A stretch of 58,149 nt of DNA from an uncultured Campylobacteraceae bacterium (GCA_913057765.1 CAJXPH010000001.1:1-58149); one strand, 5' to 3'; shown: positions 46,469 to 58,111, counted from the first letter of the stretch. A program made the numbers and translations. The notes: generated by a model from the letters alone, not told the origin.

Positions 46469-48046
46469 TTATAATTTAGGGCCAGCTGATGTAAAATCAT
46501 AATCACTTTCTAAAGTTAGATACTTTTTAAAGTTTTTAATATACATCCCAGCTAATTTTTGAGAAGTTTCATCATATGCATCTTGATCTTCCCATGTATT
46601 TCTTGGATTTAATACTGCTGTTTCAACACCTTCAAGTGTTTTTGGTACTTGAAGATTAAATACAGGTAGTTTTTCAAATTCTGAATTGTTAATAGAACCA
46701 TCTAAAATACCATTTATACAAGCTCTTGTATTTTTAATACTCATTCTTGAACCAACACCGTAAGGACCACCAGTCCATCCAGTATTAACTAAATATACAT
46801 TTACATTGTGTTTATCAATTTTTTGACCTAACAATTCTGCATAAACAGTTGGGTTTAAAGGTAAGAAAGCTTCTCCAAAACATGATGAGAAAGTAGCAAC
46901 AGGTTCAGTAATACCTCTTTCAGTCCCTGCAACTTTTGCTGTATATCCACTTAAGAAATAATACATTGCTTGTCTTCTTGAAAGTTTAGAAACAGGAGGT
47001 AATACACCAAATGCATCAGCACATAAGAAGATAATATTAGTTGGGTGTCCACCTTTCATATCAGGTGTATGATTTGGAATATGATCTAAAGGATAAGAAA
47101 CTCTCGTATTCTCAGTTTTAGAACCATCTTCATAATCAACAACACCATTTTCATCAGCGACAACATTTTCTAATATTGCACCTTTTTTAATTGCATTGAA
47201 AATATCTGGTTCAGATTCACCATCAAGATTAATTACTTTTGCGTAACATCCACCTTCAAAGTTGAAAATACCATTATCATCCCAACCATGTTCATCATCA
47301 CCAATTAAAGATCTATTAGGATCAGTTGAAAGTGTAGTTTTACCTGTTCCTGAAAGACCAAAGAATAGGGCAGTATCGCCATCTTTCCCAATATTTGCAG
47401 AACAATGCATTGCCAATTTACCTTCTAAAGGTAACCAGTAATTCATCATTGAGAAAACACCTTTTTTCATCTCACCAGCATACCATGTACCACCAATAAG
47501 AGCTTTGTTGTCTTCTACATTAAATACTACATAAACTTCTGAATGTAATTTATGACTTGCATAAGCCATATCTACTGTTTTACAAGCATTGTAAATAGTA
47601 AATTCAGGTTCAAAGTTTTCTAAGTCTTCTTCTTTAGGAACAATAAACATATTTTGAATAAAATGTGCTTGCCATGCAACTTCAGTAATAAATCTTACAG
47701 ATTTTCTACTGTCTAATGAAGCACCACAATATACATCAGTAACATATAAATCTTTGTTACTTAGTTGTTTTTTTGATGTTATTTCTAAATCTTCAAAAAC
47801 ATCTTTTGAAACTTTTCTGTTGATATCTCCCCACGCAATATATTTGTTTGATGGATCTTGATTAACAAAAAACTTATCTTTAGGACTTCTACCAGTAAAA
47901 ATACCAGTATCAATCATAAGTGCACCAGTTGAAGATATTTTAGCACCTTCATTTTCAACAGCATGTTGCATTAATGTATCTATATCTAGATTTCTATACA
48001 CTGTACCTACATTTTCTAGGCCAAGTGAGTCTTTAATTTCAGACAT
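46469..48046 (-). CDS. pckA: PEP carboxykinase (ATP)
   Basis: [40 protein letters not shown]. Confidence 0.97.
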   Translation of the reverse strand: MSEIKDSLGLENVGTVYRNLDIDTLMQHAVENEGAKISSTGALMIDTGIFTGRSPKDKFFVNQDPSNKYIAWGDINRKVSKDVFEDLEITSKKQLSNKDLYVTDVYCGASLDSRKSVRFITEVAWQAHFIQNMFIVPKEEDLENFEPEFTIYNACKTVDMAYASHKLHSEVYVVFNVEDNKALIGGTWYAGEMKKGVFSMMNYWLPLEGKLAMHCSANIGKDGDTALFFGLSGTGKTTLSTDPNRSLIGDDEHGWDDNGIFNFEGGCYAKVINLDGESEPDIFNAIKKGAILENVVADENGVVDYEDGSKTENTRVSYPLDHIPNHTPDMKGGHPTNIIFLCADAFGVLPPVSKLSRRQAMYYFLSGYTAKVAGTERGITEPVATFSSCFGEAFLPLNPTVYAELLGQKIDKHNVNVYLVNTGWTGGPYGVGSRMSIKNTRACINGILDGSINNSEFEKLPVFNLQVPKTLEGVETAVLNPRNTWEDQDAYDETSQKLAGMYIKNFKKYLTLESDYDFTSAGPKL

Positions 48047-48067
48047 TTTATTTTATTCCCTACTAAT

Positions 48068-49390
48068 TTAATTAAATATTGATAAAAGTACACCAGCAGC
48101 TACGGCAGAACCAATAACTCCAGCAACATTTGGACCCATCGCATGCATTAATAATACATTTGATTTGTCATACTCTTGTCCAACTTTACTAACAACTCTC
48201 GCTGCCATTGGAACTGCTGAAACACCAGCCGCACCAATAAGTGGATTAATTTTACTATCTTCAGACGCAAACTTATTCATAACTTTAGCCATAAGTACAC
48301 CTGCTGCAGTACCTGCAGAGAATGCTAATAATCCAATAATCATAATACCTAAAGTATCAACAACTAAAAACTTGTCAGCTGCTAATTTAGAACCAACTCC
48401 TAATCCAAGGAATATAGTTACAATATTGATTAATGAATTTTGCATAGTATCAGAAAGTCTTTCAACAGCGCCTGATTGCTTAAAGAAGTTACCTAAAGCA
48501 AATGCTCCAATAAGTGGAGTAGATTCTGGTAAAAATAAAATTGCTAAAAATAGAATAACAATTGGTAATAATAAATTTTCTAACTTATTAACTTTTCTTA
48601 GTTTTGGCATCTTGATTTTTCTCTCAGCTTCAGTAGTTAACGCCCTCATAATAGGAGGTTGAATTACTGGAACTAGCGCCATATAAGAATAAGCTGCAAC
48701 TGCAATTGCACCTAATAATTCAGGAGCAAGTCTATTTGCAATAAAGATCGATGTTGGACCATCAGCTCCACCAATAATTGAAATTGCTGATGCTGATTGT
48801 AAATCAAACCCAATAGCAACTGCCCCAACTAAAGAACCAAAGATTCCAAATTGTGCTGCTCCTCCTAAAATTGCCGATTTAGGATTCGCTAATAAAGGTG
48901 TAAAGTCTGTCATAGCTCCTACACCCATAAATATTAGTAGAGGGAAGAAACCATTAGCAATTCCCATATTATAAATAATACCGAGCATCCCAGATTCTCC
49001 GCCAATTCCGGCAAGAGGAATGTTTGCTAGTAATCCACCAAAGGCAATTGGTAATAATAATAGAGGTTCAAACCCTTTTGCAATTGCTAGATAAAATAAT
49101 ACTAAACAAATGGCAAACATTAGTAATCTTCCCCATGTTTGCTCAAAATGTGTCATAGGTCTCGCATCTTCTGCATGAGCTTCTGATGTCATTACAGTAT
49201 CTCTTGGCGTAGTAAATGCATAGATACCTGTTGTTTTATAGAATGAACTTAATAATTCACTTAAAGTTTTAGATTCATATTCTTTTTTTTCAGTTTTAAC
49301 TGGTTCTGCTGTATTACTTGAAGCAAAAGCATTTAAACTGAAAATTGCAAAAAATATAATTAGCATTGATGCCATTAGTTTTTTATTCAT
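48068..49390 (-). CDS. oadB: Na+-translocating decarboxylase beta subunit
   Basis: [37 protein letters not shown]. Confidence 0.93.
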   Translation of the reverse strand: MNKKLMASMLIIFFAIFSLNAFASSNTAEPVKTEKKEYESKTLSELLSSFYKTTGIYAFTTPRDTVMTSEAHAEDARPMTHFEQTWGRLLMFAICLVLFYLAIAKGFEPLLLLPIAFGGLLANIPLAGIGGESGMLGIIYNMGIANGFFPLLIFMGVGAMTDFTPLLANPKSAILGGAAQFGIFGSLVGAVAIGFDLQSASAISIIGGADGPTSIFIANRLAPELLGAIAVAAYSYMALVPVIQPPIMRALTTEAERKIKMPKLRKVNKLENLLLPIVILFLAILFLPESTPLIGAFALGNFFKQSGAVERLSDTMQNSLINIVTIFLGLGVGSKLAADKFLVVDTLGIMIIGLLAFSAGTAAGVLMAKVMNKFASEDSKINPLIGAAGVSAVPMAARVVSKVGQEYDKSNVLLMHAMGPNVAGVIGSAVAAGVLLSIFN

Positions 49391-49422
49391 TAATTATTCT
49401 CCGAATTCTTAATTTCATCTAA

Positions 49423-51234
49423 TTAGCCAATTGTAGCTAAAGCTTGACCTTCTTCAACAGCATCACTAGCATTAACTAAAATAGCTGAAACTGTACCTGA
49501 ACAAGGAGCTTCAACATCAATTTCCATTTTCATAGCTTCTAAAATTGCAACAATATCACCTTTTTCAACTTTGTCACCAACTTTAACATTCATTTTCCAA
49601 AGATTACCGCTTACAGTTGCAGGAACTTCGGCCCCACCAGCTGGTGCAGTACTTACTGCAGCTGGTGCTGCGTCAGATACAGGTGTTACTTGAATATCAG
49701 CATTACCTTCTGCTACAGTTACATTAAATTTTTGTCCGTCTACAACTACTGTGTAGTTTCCAGTTGCGTTACTCATACCTTTATTTTCTCCTAAATTACA
49801 TTCTTTATCATCTTCACATGCTGAAGCATCAGCTTTTCTAATATTTAAAGGACCATCGCCTTTTAAGAAAGCGATTCCTTTTTCATCACAAGCTGCTGCA
49901 ATGAAAATATTTTCTTCAGAAGTTTCTAATCCTTCTTCTTTTAATCTACCTTCCCAATAAGCCATAGTTTTCTTTTCATCTCTATCAGCATAATCCAATG
50001 GGTTTTCTGTAGTTGGTTCTAATTTTAATTTAGCAGAAGCTAAAGAAACAATTTCTGCATCTGGTTCAACAGGAGTTTTACCAAAATAACCTAGAACCAT
50101 TTTTCCATAACCAGGAGCAATTTGTTTCCAAGGCCCAAACATTACATTTGCATATGCTTGTTGCCAATAGAATTGTGATACTGGAGTTACAGATGTACCA
50201 TAACCACCTCTCTCAACAACTTCTCTCATAGCTTTTATTACTTCAGGAAATTTATCTAAAGTACCATTATCTCTCATCATTTGAGTATTTGCAGTTAAAG
50301 CACCACCTGGCATAGGTGAGAAAGGAATTAATGGAGATACTTGTGTAGCCTCAGGAGGCATAAAGTAGTCTTTTAATTGATGTTTTAAAACTTCTTGATA
50401 TTTTAGAACTTTTTCAATTTCTAAACCACCTAAGTCATAGTTCATACCTTTAACAGCATGCATCATTGTTAATATATCTGGTTGACTAGTACCACCTGAT
50501 ACAGGATCAGCTGCTAAATCAATACCATCTGCACCTGCATCTAAAGCTGCTAAATAACATGCAACAGATACCCCAGCTGTTTCATGTGTATGTAGTCTAA
50601 TATGAGTATCTTCACCAACAAGTTTTCTTGCCATTTTAATAGTGTCAAAAACTTTTTGTGGTGATGAAGTACCAGACGCATCTTTAAAACAAATTGAATC
50701 ATGTGGAACACCACTATCAAGAATCTGTCTTAATGTTTTTTCATAGAAAGGAACATCATGTGCACCTTCACATCCTGGTGGTAAATCCATTAAAGTTACA
50801 ACAACTTCATGATTTAATCCATACTTTTTAATACATTCTGCAGAATATTCTAAATTCTGTACATCATTTAATGCATCAAAGTTTCTAATTGTTGTAACAC
50901 CATGTTTTGCGAACATTTTAGCATGCATTTCAACTAGTTCTCTAGAACCAGTATCTAACATAACAGTGTTAATTCCTCTTGCTAGTGTTTGTAAGTTAGC
51001 ATCTGGACCAACGATTTCCCTAAATCTGTCCATCATCTCAAAAGCATTTTCTTGTAAGTAGAAGAATAAAGATTGAAATCTTGCTCCTCCACCAAACTCA
51101 AAGTGAGTTATCCCAGCTTCTTTCGCAGCTTCTACAGCTGGAAAGAAATCATCCATTAAAACTCTACCTCCAAAGACAGATTGAAATCCATCTCTAAACG
51201 TAGTATCCATGACATCAATGTATTTTTTAGCCAT
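49423..51234 (-). CDS. oadA: Oxaloacetate decarboxylase alpha / pyruvate carboxylase B-type carboxyltransferase with biotinyl domain
   Basis: DTTFRDG.QS, FKD, H.H, PGG, VTPVSQ, EAMKM biotin site; located between oadG and oadB. Confidence 0.85.
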   Translation of the reverse strand: MAKKYIDVMDTTFRDGFQSVFGGRVLMDDFFPAVEAAKEAGITHFEFGGGARFQSLFFYLQENAFEMMDRFREIVGPDANLQTLARGINTVMLDTGSRELVEMHAKMFAKHGVTTIRNFDALNDVQNLEYSAECIKKYGLNHEVVVTLMDLPPGCEGAHDVPFYEKTLRQILDSGVPHDSICFKDASGTSSPQKVFDTIKMARKLVGEDTHIRLHTHETAGVSVACYLAALDAGADGIDLAADPVSGGTSQPDILTMMHAVKGMNYDLGGLEIEKVLKYQEVLKHQLKDYFMPPEATQVSPLIPFSPMPGGALTANTQMMRDNGTLDKFPEVIKAMREVVERGGYGTSVTPVSQFYWQQAYANVMFGPWKQIAPGYGKMVLGYFGKTPVEPDAEIVSLASAKLKLEPTTENPLDYADRDEKKTMAYWEGRLKEEGLETSEENIFIAAACDEKGIAFLKGDGPLNIRKADASACEDDKECNLGENKGMSNATGNYTVVVDGQKFNVTVAEGNADIQVTPVSDAAPAAVSTAPAGGAEVPATVSGNLWKMNVKVGDKVEKGDIVAILEAMKMEIDVEAPCSGTVSAILVNASDAVEEGQALATIG

Positions 51235-51239
51235 TTAAA

Positions 51240-51476
51240 TTAACCTTTTAGATTTTTGTGATGTTGTACAGCAGCTACGATTGCAGCCATTTTTGCAGTG
51301 TTGTTTGAAGCACTTACAGCAGGTTTAGTCGGTGATACTTTCTTTTCAGGAAAATATTTTCCAATAAGCTTTGCTTGTAATTTTAGAGCGAAAATCATAA
51401 CGACTAAAAATAAGAATACTATTCCCATCCCCAGTGCCATAAATTTTCCCGCTTCAGCAATTAAATTTGTTTCCAT
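51240..51476 (-). CDS. oadG: Decarboxylase gamma subunit
   Basis: GMGIVFLFL TM helix, Pro/Ala linker, AAI.AAV.HH; start at METNL after GGGGAG. Confidence 0.88.
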   Translation of the reverse strand: METNLIAEAGKFMALGMGIVFLFLVVMIFALKLQAKLIGKYFPEKKVSPTKPAVSASNNTAKMAAIVAAVQHHKNLKG

Positions 51477-51750
51477 ATTACTCCCCGTGGTTACCATCGT
51501 GTAATTAGTAATCTAATTTTATAGAAACTTTGCTTTAGTAGAATTTATTTTTATCTCTATTTTTTATAAATTTGGGAATTTTGCTTTTTTGATGCTACTT
51601 ATAATATTTTAGTACCAAACTCAAGTAAAAAATTGTCAACTTTTTCTAACATTTTAATTACATTACTTGTTGCTTTCTCAATTTTTTGTGCCATTTTATA
51701 TCCTTTTTGAATAAATATATGTCAAATTCTATATAAAAATTTCAAATGTC

Positions 51751-51779
51751 TTGAAAAATATTGCATTTTGTAATATAAT
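51751..51779 (+). promoter_or_regulatory. sigma70 promoter of the S24 repressor with overlapping palindrome
   Basis: TTGAAA-17 nt-TATAAT; ATATTGCA-ttt-TGTAATAT at 51758-51776. Confidence 0.6.
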
Positions 51780-51797
51780 AGTATTAAAGGAGTTAAA

Positions 51798-52454
51798 ATG
51801 TTGATTGTACGTGAAATAATTGAGAAACTCAAGGATATATTAAGTCAAGATGGAAAAGATGGGAAGGTTTTTGATAAAGATGTTGCTACAGCTTTAGATC
51901 TAAGTCAAGTCAATTTTGCAACTATGAAGAATAGAGGTAAAATACCTTTTTCCAACATATTAGACTTCTGTGCAAGAAAAAAGATATCAATAAACTGGTT
52001 ACTCTATAATCAAAACCCAGGTTCTTTAGTTGATTCTACTGATAAATACTGGATTAGATACTATCCTGAAGTTAGTGTTAGTGCAGGAGGTGGTGCCTAT
52101 GAGAATGATGATAGTGCTGAATCTATGGAGGTTCCACCATATTTTATTAGTATGTTAGGTGGTAAAGAAAATTTAAAAAATATTGATGCTATAAATGTAG
52201 TAGGAGATTCAATGGAACCTACACTAAATAGTGACAATATAATATTTATAGATAAAACAAGAAAAGATGTTGCAAGGGACGGTATATACGCATTTACAAC
52301 AAACCATGGGCTTTTTGTAAAAAGAATTCAAAGAAGAGCTGATGGACAACTTGATGTTATATCTGATAATAAAGATTATCCAATTCAAATACTAGAGAAA
52401 AATGAAGTAAGAATTGTTGGTAAAGTAGTAAGTTCTTTTGGAATGATATATTAA
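51798..52454 (+). CDS. CI/LexA-like HTH-S24 peptidase repressor
   Basis: N-terminal HTH (VATALDLSQ..RG.IP..INWLL), Ala-Gly site VSAGGG, catalytic GDSM and VKR. Confidence 0.9.
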   Translation: MLIVREIIEKLKDILSQDGKDGKVFDKDVATALDLSQVNFATMKNRGKIPFSNILDFCARKKISINWLLYNQNPGSLVDSTDKYWIRYYPEVSVSAGGGAYENDDSAESMEVPPYFISMLGGKENLKNIDAINVVGDSMEPTLNSDNIIFIDKTRKDVARDGIYAFTTNHGLFVKRIQRRADGQLDVISDNKDYPIQILEKNEVRIVGKVVSSFGMIY

Positions 52455-53453
52455 TTAAATTAAAGAAGGCTCATTATTTTGTTTTGAAACTTGCTCATAA
52501 AGTTCATCATAAGATACCCCGATAAAATAAACAGCATTAAATTGGGCCTTTTTTAAGAACTCTTTTACTTCATCTAAAGAATTAATAAAAGTATAGTCAA
52601 TATTTTTATTATCATCTATATCTTTTGTTGTTAAATACAATATCTTTGCATATTTATATTTATTAGTTAAATAGTTAACTTCTTTTTCTAGTTGATCTTC
52701 TTTCTCTTGTGCAATCAGAAATTTATCAGTTCTTCCAAAATCAGTATGGTTAATTAATTTATCTACAAAAATTGGTTTTAAATTATGAAATTTTTTCAAC
52801 TTGTTTAAATCAGAATCAAATCCTAAATAACTGTATACATCTAAAAATTCAGTTAAATAAAGGCTTGATATTTTTAATTTTGAAAAATATCTATCTTTAT
52901 GAGTAAAAGTAGTTTCAAAAATAGAGTGCTCTATTAAGTTGTTGATCTCATATTCTTTTGTATTAAAATTAAAATTAATTGGATAAATATCATCTAATAA
53001 TTTTTGATCAGAACAAATTATTGTATCGTTCTCTTCAATATCATCTAATAATTTAAAAAATTTAGATAAATCATTAGGAATAACTTTAATATTTGTATGC
53101 ACTGTTGGTTTTCGTAAGATATTAAATAATTCATAAGATACACTATTACAATAAAAAGCAGTCAATCTAATATTTGATAATAGATATCTAACTAATTTAA
53201 CAATAGTTTCTTTAATATTTTTAACATGTACCCAAGCAATTTCATTATCCGGAATATTATCTATCTTTTTATCTACAACTAAAGCAAATGCACCATTTTC
53301 AATAGCAAGAGAAATATCTTCTACATTTTGGACAATAAACAAATCACCTTCTTTTATCTTTTTAGGATTTGTTTTAATAGAATATATGAAAGAAATAGAT
53401 GGATGATTTAGTAATCTTCCATCTATAATATCTAGAATCGATGTAATTTGCAC
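52455..53453 (-). CDS. Hypothetical protein with Mur-ligase-like N-terminal domain
   Basis: KIKEGDLFI..AIENGAFALV resembles a MurF N-terminus; no P-loop seen; start overlaps the metG stop. Confidence 0.65.
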   Translation of the reverse strand: MQITSILDIIDGRLLNHPSISFIYSIKTNPKKIKEGDLFIVQNVEDISLAIENGAFALVVDKKIDNIPDNEIAWVHVKNIKETIVKLVRYLLSNIRLTAFYCNSVSYELFNILRKPTVHTNIKVIPNDLSKFFKLLDDIEENDTIICSDQKLLDDIYPINFNFNTKEYEINNLIEHSIFETTFTHKDRYFSKLKISSLYLTEFLDVYSYLGFDSDLNKLKKFHNLKPIFVDKLINHTDFGRTDKFLIAQEKEDQLEKEVNYLTNKYKYAKILYLTTKDIDDNKNIDYTFINSLDEVKEFLKKAQFNAVYFIGVSYDELYEQVSKQNNEPSLI

Positions 53454-55405
53454 TAGCTTATTTTAGTACCTGATTTTTTTGGAGATTCTGGTCTAATTAA
53501 TGATAAACCATTTTCATCTTTGGCTGCCATAAGCATACCTTCACTAAGCATACCCATTAGTTTTGCAGGTTTAAGATTTGCGACAACACAGGCTTGTGTT
53601 CCAACTAGATCTGCAGCATTATAAAACTCTTTTATTCCAGCAAGAATTTGTCTATTTTTATCTTCTCCAACATCTACTTGAAGTTTTAATAGTTTTTTAG
53701 ATTTTGGAACTTCTTCTGCTTCTACAATTGTTCCAATTTTTAATGTTGTTTCGAAGAATTTATCAATAGTAATTAAATTATCTGGTTCTTCTACAACTTT
53801 TTTAGATTCGCTTTTCTTTTCTGCTTCTGATTTAGATACATCAGTAGGTTTAGCTTGTTCTAATAGAACTTCCTCAATTCTTGGGAATAGTTGTTCAACT
53901 TTAGTAATAGTTATATCCTCTAATAATTCTTTATTCTTTAGAATCTTAGTATAAGTATCTGTATTGATCTCTAAACCAATAGATTGAGCAATTTTTCCTA
54001 TTTTTTCTGGCATTACAGATTCTAAAAGGAAAGAAATTCTTGCCATTATATTTGTAATAAGTGCAACTAAAGCCATTGCTTCGTCTTCTTTACCATCTTT
54101 CATTTTAGCCCATGGTTCATAATCACCAATTGCTTTGTTTGCAATTGTTAATACTTTCCAAATATCTTCTAGATATCTATTAATTTGCATATTGTAAAGA
54201 TATTCTTCAATATTGTCTAAAATAGCTTCTACTTCATCAAGTTCTTTTCTATGAAATTTTTCTACATCTTTTGAAGTAACTTTAAAATCAAAATATTTTC
54301 CAGACATACCAGAAATTCTATTTAATAAGTTTCCTAAATCATTTCCTAGATCTGAATTAATTCTATCCATTAAAGCTTTTTGTGAAAAGTCACCATCTTG
54401 TCCAAAAGGTACTTCTCTAAGCATGAAATATCTAAATGCATCTAATCCATATGCATCTGCAATTTCTTTTGGATCTACAACATTACCTTTAGATTTTGAC
54501 ATTTTTTCACCATCTCTAGTCCACCAACCATGTGCAGCAATATGCTTTGGAAGAGGTAAGTCTAAAGACATTAAAAATGCTGGCCAATAAATTGCATGGA
54601 ATCTTAAAATATCTTTACCAACAAGATGACTTGTTGCTGGCCAAAAGTCCATATTTTCATTATCTTTACCATAACCTAAGGCAGTAATATAGTTCATCAA
54701 TGCATCTAACCACACGTACATAACATGTTTTGGTTCATTCATTGATTCTGGAAGTTTAACACCCCAATCAAATGATGTTCTAGATATAGATAAATCTCTT
54801 AACCCACCTTTTACAAAGTTAACAATTTCATTTTTCTTTGCTCTAGGTAAAATACAATCATCATTTTCTTCATACCATTTTATAAGTCTATCTTCATAAG
54901 CAGATAATTTAAAGAAAAAGCTTTCTTCTTTTACAATATTTGTTGGCTTACCACAATCTGGGCAAAACTGCTCGTCAATTAATTGTTTTTCAGTAAAAAA
55001 TGTTTCACATGATACACAATAGTAACCTTCATAATCACCTTTATAAATATCACCTTTTTTATACATAGTTTCAAATGCTTTTTGTACACCTAATTTATGT
55101 TCTTCATCAGTAGTTCTTATAAATTTATCATAAGTAATATCAAAATCATCCCACAACGTTTTAAACTTTCCAGAAACTTCATCTGCATACTCTTTAGGAG
55201 TTTTACCTCTTTGTTCAGCACTTTGAGAAATCTTTTGCCCATGTTCATCAGTTCCTGTTAGGAAAAATGTTTTTGATCCAGTTAGTCTTGAATATCTTGC
55301 TAACATATCAGCAATAATAGTTGTGTATGCATGACCAATATGAGCCACATCATTTACATAGTAAATTGGTGTTGTTATATAAACATTTTTACAAGTTTGT
55401 TTCAT
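53453..55405 (-). CDS. metG: Methionyl-tRNA synthetase
   Basis: HIGH, zinc knuckle, KMSKS, C-terminal tRNA-binding domain. Confidence 0.98.
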   Translation of the reverse strand: MKQTCKNVYITTPIYYVNDVAHIGHAYTTIIADMLARYSRLTGSKTFFLTGTDEHGQKISQSAEQRGKTPKEYADEVSGKFKTLWDDFDITYDKFIRTTDEEHKLGVQKAFETMYKKGDIYKGDYEGYYCVSCETFFTEKQLIDEQFCPDCGKPTNIVKEESFFFKLSAYEDRLIKWYEENDDCILPRAKKNEIVNFVKGGLRDLSISRTSFDWGVKLPESMNEPKHVMYVWLDALMNYITALGYGKDNENMDFWPATSHLVGKDILRFHAIYWPAFLMSLDLPLPKHIAAHGWWTRDGEKMSKSKGNVVDPKEIADAYGLDAFRYFMLREVPFGQDGDFSQKALMDRINSDLGNDLGNLLNRISGMSGKYFDFKVTSKDVEKFHRKELDEVEAILDNIEEYLYNMQINRYLEDIWKVLTIANKAIGDYEPWAKMKDGKEDEAMALVALITNIMARISFLLESVMPEKIGKIAQSIGLEINTDTYTKILKNKELLEDITITKVEQLFPRIEEVLLEQAKPTDVSKSEAEKKSESKKVVEEPDNLITIDKFFETTLKIGTIVEAEEVPKSKKLLKLQVDVGEDKNRQILAGIKEFYNAADLVGTQACVVANLKPAKLMGMLSEGMLMAAKDENGLSLIRPESPKKSGTKIS

Positions 55406-55428
55406 TTTCTACCTCTATAGTTTATTAA

Positions 55429-55629
55429 TTAAAATTCAAATCCGCCGCCTGCGCCCTTACTCATTGACTCATAGACAGCTTGTACATATTTTTTTCTAAG
55501 TTCACAATCAAAGAACTTCTCACAAGGGTTACATGACTCTAATGAAAATGATTTTTGACATTTTTTGAGTTCTTCAAGTTTTGCATCGAGCTTAATATTC
55601 CACTCGTCTTGTTTTTGATTATCTGGCAT
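55429..55629 (-). CDS. Small Cys-rich hypothetical protein
   Basis: C..SCxxC..C motif, C-terminal GGFEF; in operon between fbp and metG. Confidence 0.8.
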   Translation of the reverse strand: MPDNQKQDEWNIKLDAKLEELKKCQKSFSLESCNPCEKFFDCELRKKYVQAVYESMSKGAGGGFEF

Positions 55630-56467
55630 TTTTCTTATATACTTCTAATACTCTGTTTATTTCTTCATTTGAGCCAAAGAAACACGGTGTTGTATCATGG
55701 ATATGAGTTGTTTCAACTTCTAAAACTCTTTTTAATCCATCAATCGCCCCACCATTAGCAAATTCATATGTTAATGCAAAAGGGAAAACTTCAAACAATT
55801 GTCTTAATTTACCTTTTGGTCTATCAGTTGTTCCAGGGTAAGAGAAAAGTCCTCCACCTTTTAAAAGTATTTGATGTAAATCAGGAACCATTCCCCCTGA
55901 ATATCTTAGTCTATAACCATCATTAAAAATATCATCAATCATAGCTTTATGATAAGGAGCCCAACAATTTTGTGTTGAACCCGGAGCATTTAGATTACCT
56001 TTTTCATTTAATTTAATATCTTGAATATACTTAAATTCACCAGATAATAATCTATACATCTTTACGCAGTTATCAAGAGCAACAACCATTTCTACTCTAG
56101 GACCAAACACAACATAAACAGATGCAATAATATTTTTTGCATTAAATTCATTTTTGTATATACCATAAATTGAACCAACAGATAAATTTACGTCAACTAA
56201 AGATGAACCGTCTAAAGGATCATATGCAATTAAATATTCGCCATTATCATTTAAATCAACAATAGCTTCTTGTTCTTCACTAACAATAGCTTTAATAGAA
56301 GGAATTGTTGCAAATATATCTTCAATTATTACATCACTAGCAATATCTAATTTTAATTGTGTATCACCAGTTGAGTTTTCATTTTTACTTTTCCCTGTAT
56401 CACCAGTTTCAATTAAATCTTTAATCTTAATACTAGCATTTTCAATAGCTTTAATAATATCTTTCAT
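55619..56467 (-). CDS. fbp: Class 1 fructose-1,6-bisphosphatase
   Basis: SEE, DPLDGSS, RYSGGMV.D, GKLR.LFE. Confidence 0.96.
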   Translation of the reverse strand: MKDIIKAIENASIKIKDLIETGDTGKSKNENSTGDTQLKLDIASDVIIEDIFATIPSIKAIVSEEQEAIVDLNDNGEYLIAYDPLDGSSLVDVNLSVGSIYGIYKNEFNAKNIIASVYVVFGPRVEMVVALDNCVKMYRLLSGEFKYIQDIKLNEKGNLNAPGSTQNCWAPYHKAMIDDIFNDGYRLRYSGGMVPDLHQILLKGGGLFSYPGTTDRPKGKLRQLFEVFPFALTYEFANGGAIDGLKRVLEVETTHIHDTTPCFFGSNEEINRVLEVYKKNAR

Positions 56468-56970
56468 TAAACTCTCTTTGCATTTTTATCAATCCAAGAA
56501 ATTATTTCTTCTGGATTATTTAAATCTAATTTATCAATATCAGATGGTATTTCAGAACTATCAATTGTTTCATCATGTGCAATTGCATCAGTAACAGGAT
56601 AATATGTTCCATCTAATCTATTTCTAAAAATTGAAATTCTTGGAAGAGGCAATGTTTTAAGACCTTCTACAAGAAGATAATCAAAATCACCAAATAAATC
56701 AATCATTTCATCAACTGTTGAAGTAGACTGTCTAAATAAAGTAGTCCGTGAAGGACTAACTACTGCAACATCAGCACCTGTTTGAGTGAACTTATCACTA
56801 TCTTTCCCAGGTTTGTCAAATCTTGCTTTATCTTTAGGGTCATGCTTTATAATGCAAACCTTATAACCATTATCTTGTAATATATTAGATACTTTAGCTA
56901 CAAGTGTAGTTTTACCACTATTAGAAGGACCACTAAAAGCAATTGCTAGTTTTTTATATTTCTTTTTCAT
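56467..56970 (-). CDS. mobB: Molybdopterin-guanine dinucleotide biosynthesis protein B
   Basis: [22 protein letters not shown]; start set at ATG 56970. Confidence 0.92.
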   Translation of the reverse strand: MKKKYKKLAIAFSGPSNSGKTTLVAKVSNILQDNGYKVCIIKHDPKDKARFDKPGKDSDKFTQTGADVAVVSPSRTTLFRQSTSTVDEMIDLFGDFDYLLVEGLKTLPLPRISIFRNRLDGTYYPVTDAIAHDETIDSSEIPSDIDKLDLNNPEEIISWIDKNAKRV

Positions 56971-57138
56971 AGCGCAGATTTTATCCAAAAGATAGTTAAA
57001 GAAAGTTTATCCCGATGGCTAATATATTACTACTGAATTACTGTAAAATGGATTTATTTTATCTTCAACAATCTAATTAATCATTAAAGAAACTGAATAT
57101 TATAGAAAAATGGCACACCTTTTTGGCACAACAGCTAT

Positions 57139-57444
57139 TTATTCTACAAATATTTTATAAGGGAATATTCCTATCAACCATATCAAGTCTAAAATAACAA
57201 TTACTTTTACTAAATATCCCCATAGTTTTCTACCTTTATAATTAGTTGAAGAAAGCCATAAAGCCTTATTAATAAAAAAACTATAAAAGTAAAAGAAAAA
57301 TATAAAATTAAAATTTTTATTAAGTATTTCTTCTCGAAGAAATTCATCTATTAACATACCTACTAAAAGATTATAAATCCAAAATACAATTACTAACTTT
57401 ATCTTGCCATTATACAAATCTTTAATATAGTTAAATGAATTCAT
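57139..57444 (-). CDS. Hypothetical three-TM membrane protein
   Basis: Hydrophobic ORF with GAAGG RBS; G...L...FW and W......Y.G...W pattern. Confidence 0.7.
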   Translation of the reverse strand: MNSFNYIKDLYNGKIKLVIVFWIYNLLVGMLIDEFLREEILNKNFNFIFFFYFYSFFINKALWLSSTNYKGRKLWGYLVKVIVILDLIWLIGIFPYKIFVE

Positions 57445-57498
57445 ATTTTATTTACCTTCACTTTTTATCATGCATTATTTTTATTGATACAGTTAACG

Positions 57499-57708
57499 TC
57501 ACAGTTTTATTTTTTTTCTAATTAATATGAATTTTATAAATAATAATACTAAACCAGTTGATATTAAATATATTCCCATAATAAGTCCATCTTCAGCCGT
57601 TTGAGTATAAGTTGTAGAATTTTCAAAAATTGATGGAAAGACTACCATTGATGTGCCAAAGATTATTAATATGATTCCTGCTTCAATTAAATTAAATCTA
57701 CTTTTCAT
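57499..57708 (-). CDS. Hypothetical two-TM membrane protein
   Basis: Two hydrophobic helices; overlaps the upstream gene stop. Confidence 0.65.
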   Translation of the reverse strand: MKSRFNLIEAGIILIIFGTSMVVFPSIFENSTTYTQTAEDGLIMGIYLISTGLVLLFIKFILIRKKIKL

Positions 57709-58087
57709 TTAATTGATTATCTTTTAATTTAATTTTATACATCATATTAGAAGGTCTGTCATACCAAAAATTTGTAAAAAAATGTATTCTGTCTGAATCT
57801 ATTGATACAATAAGTGTATTTGCATTTTGCCAGTAAATATCTATATCTCTAACTTTTTCTGCAAGTAATACTTTTGAATTGATTTCTTTATTTGAAAAAG
57901 ATAATACGTATTTGAATCCACCTGTCGCACCACCATAGGCTACTTCATATAATTTAACAAAAGTTGAATTATTATTCGAATTTAATTTTTTAATTAAATT
58001 ATCATTTTCTTCAATATTATTTTTCGTTTCGTTACATCCAATTAAAACAAAACAAAACAATACAAAGATTATACTTTTTATTCTCAA
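57698..58087 (-). CDS. Hypothetical lipoprotein
   Basis: TTG start after GGAG; signal peptide with lipobox LIGC. The ORF-track start (MYKRQ) is adapter-derived. Confidence 0.75.
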   Translation of the reverse strand: MRIKSIIFVLFCFVLIGCNETKNNIEENDNLIKKLNSNNNSTFVKLYEVAYGGATGGFKYVLSFSNKEINSKVLLAEKVRDIDIYWQNANTLIVSIDSDRIHFFTNFWYDRPSNMMYKIKLKDNQLNEK

Positions 58088-58111
58088 TTTTACTCCTATA
58101 ATATTCAATAG

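Noticed and set aside
57111-57130. TGGCAC sequences as sigma54 -24 elements (also on the minus strand near 51688-51693)
   Set aside because: No TTGC at the required -12 spacing
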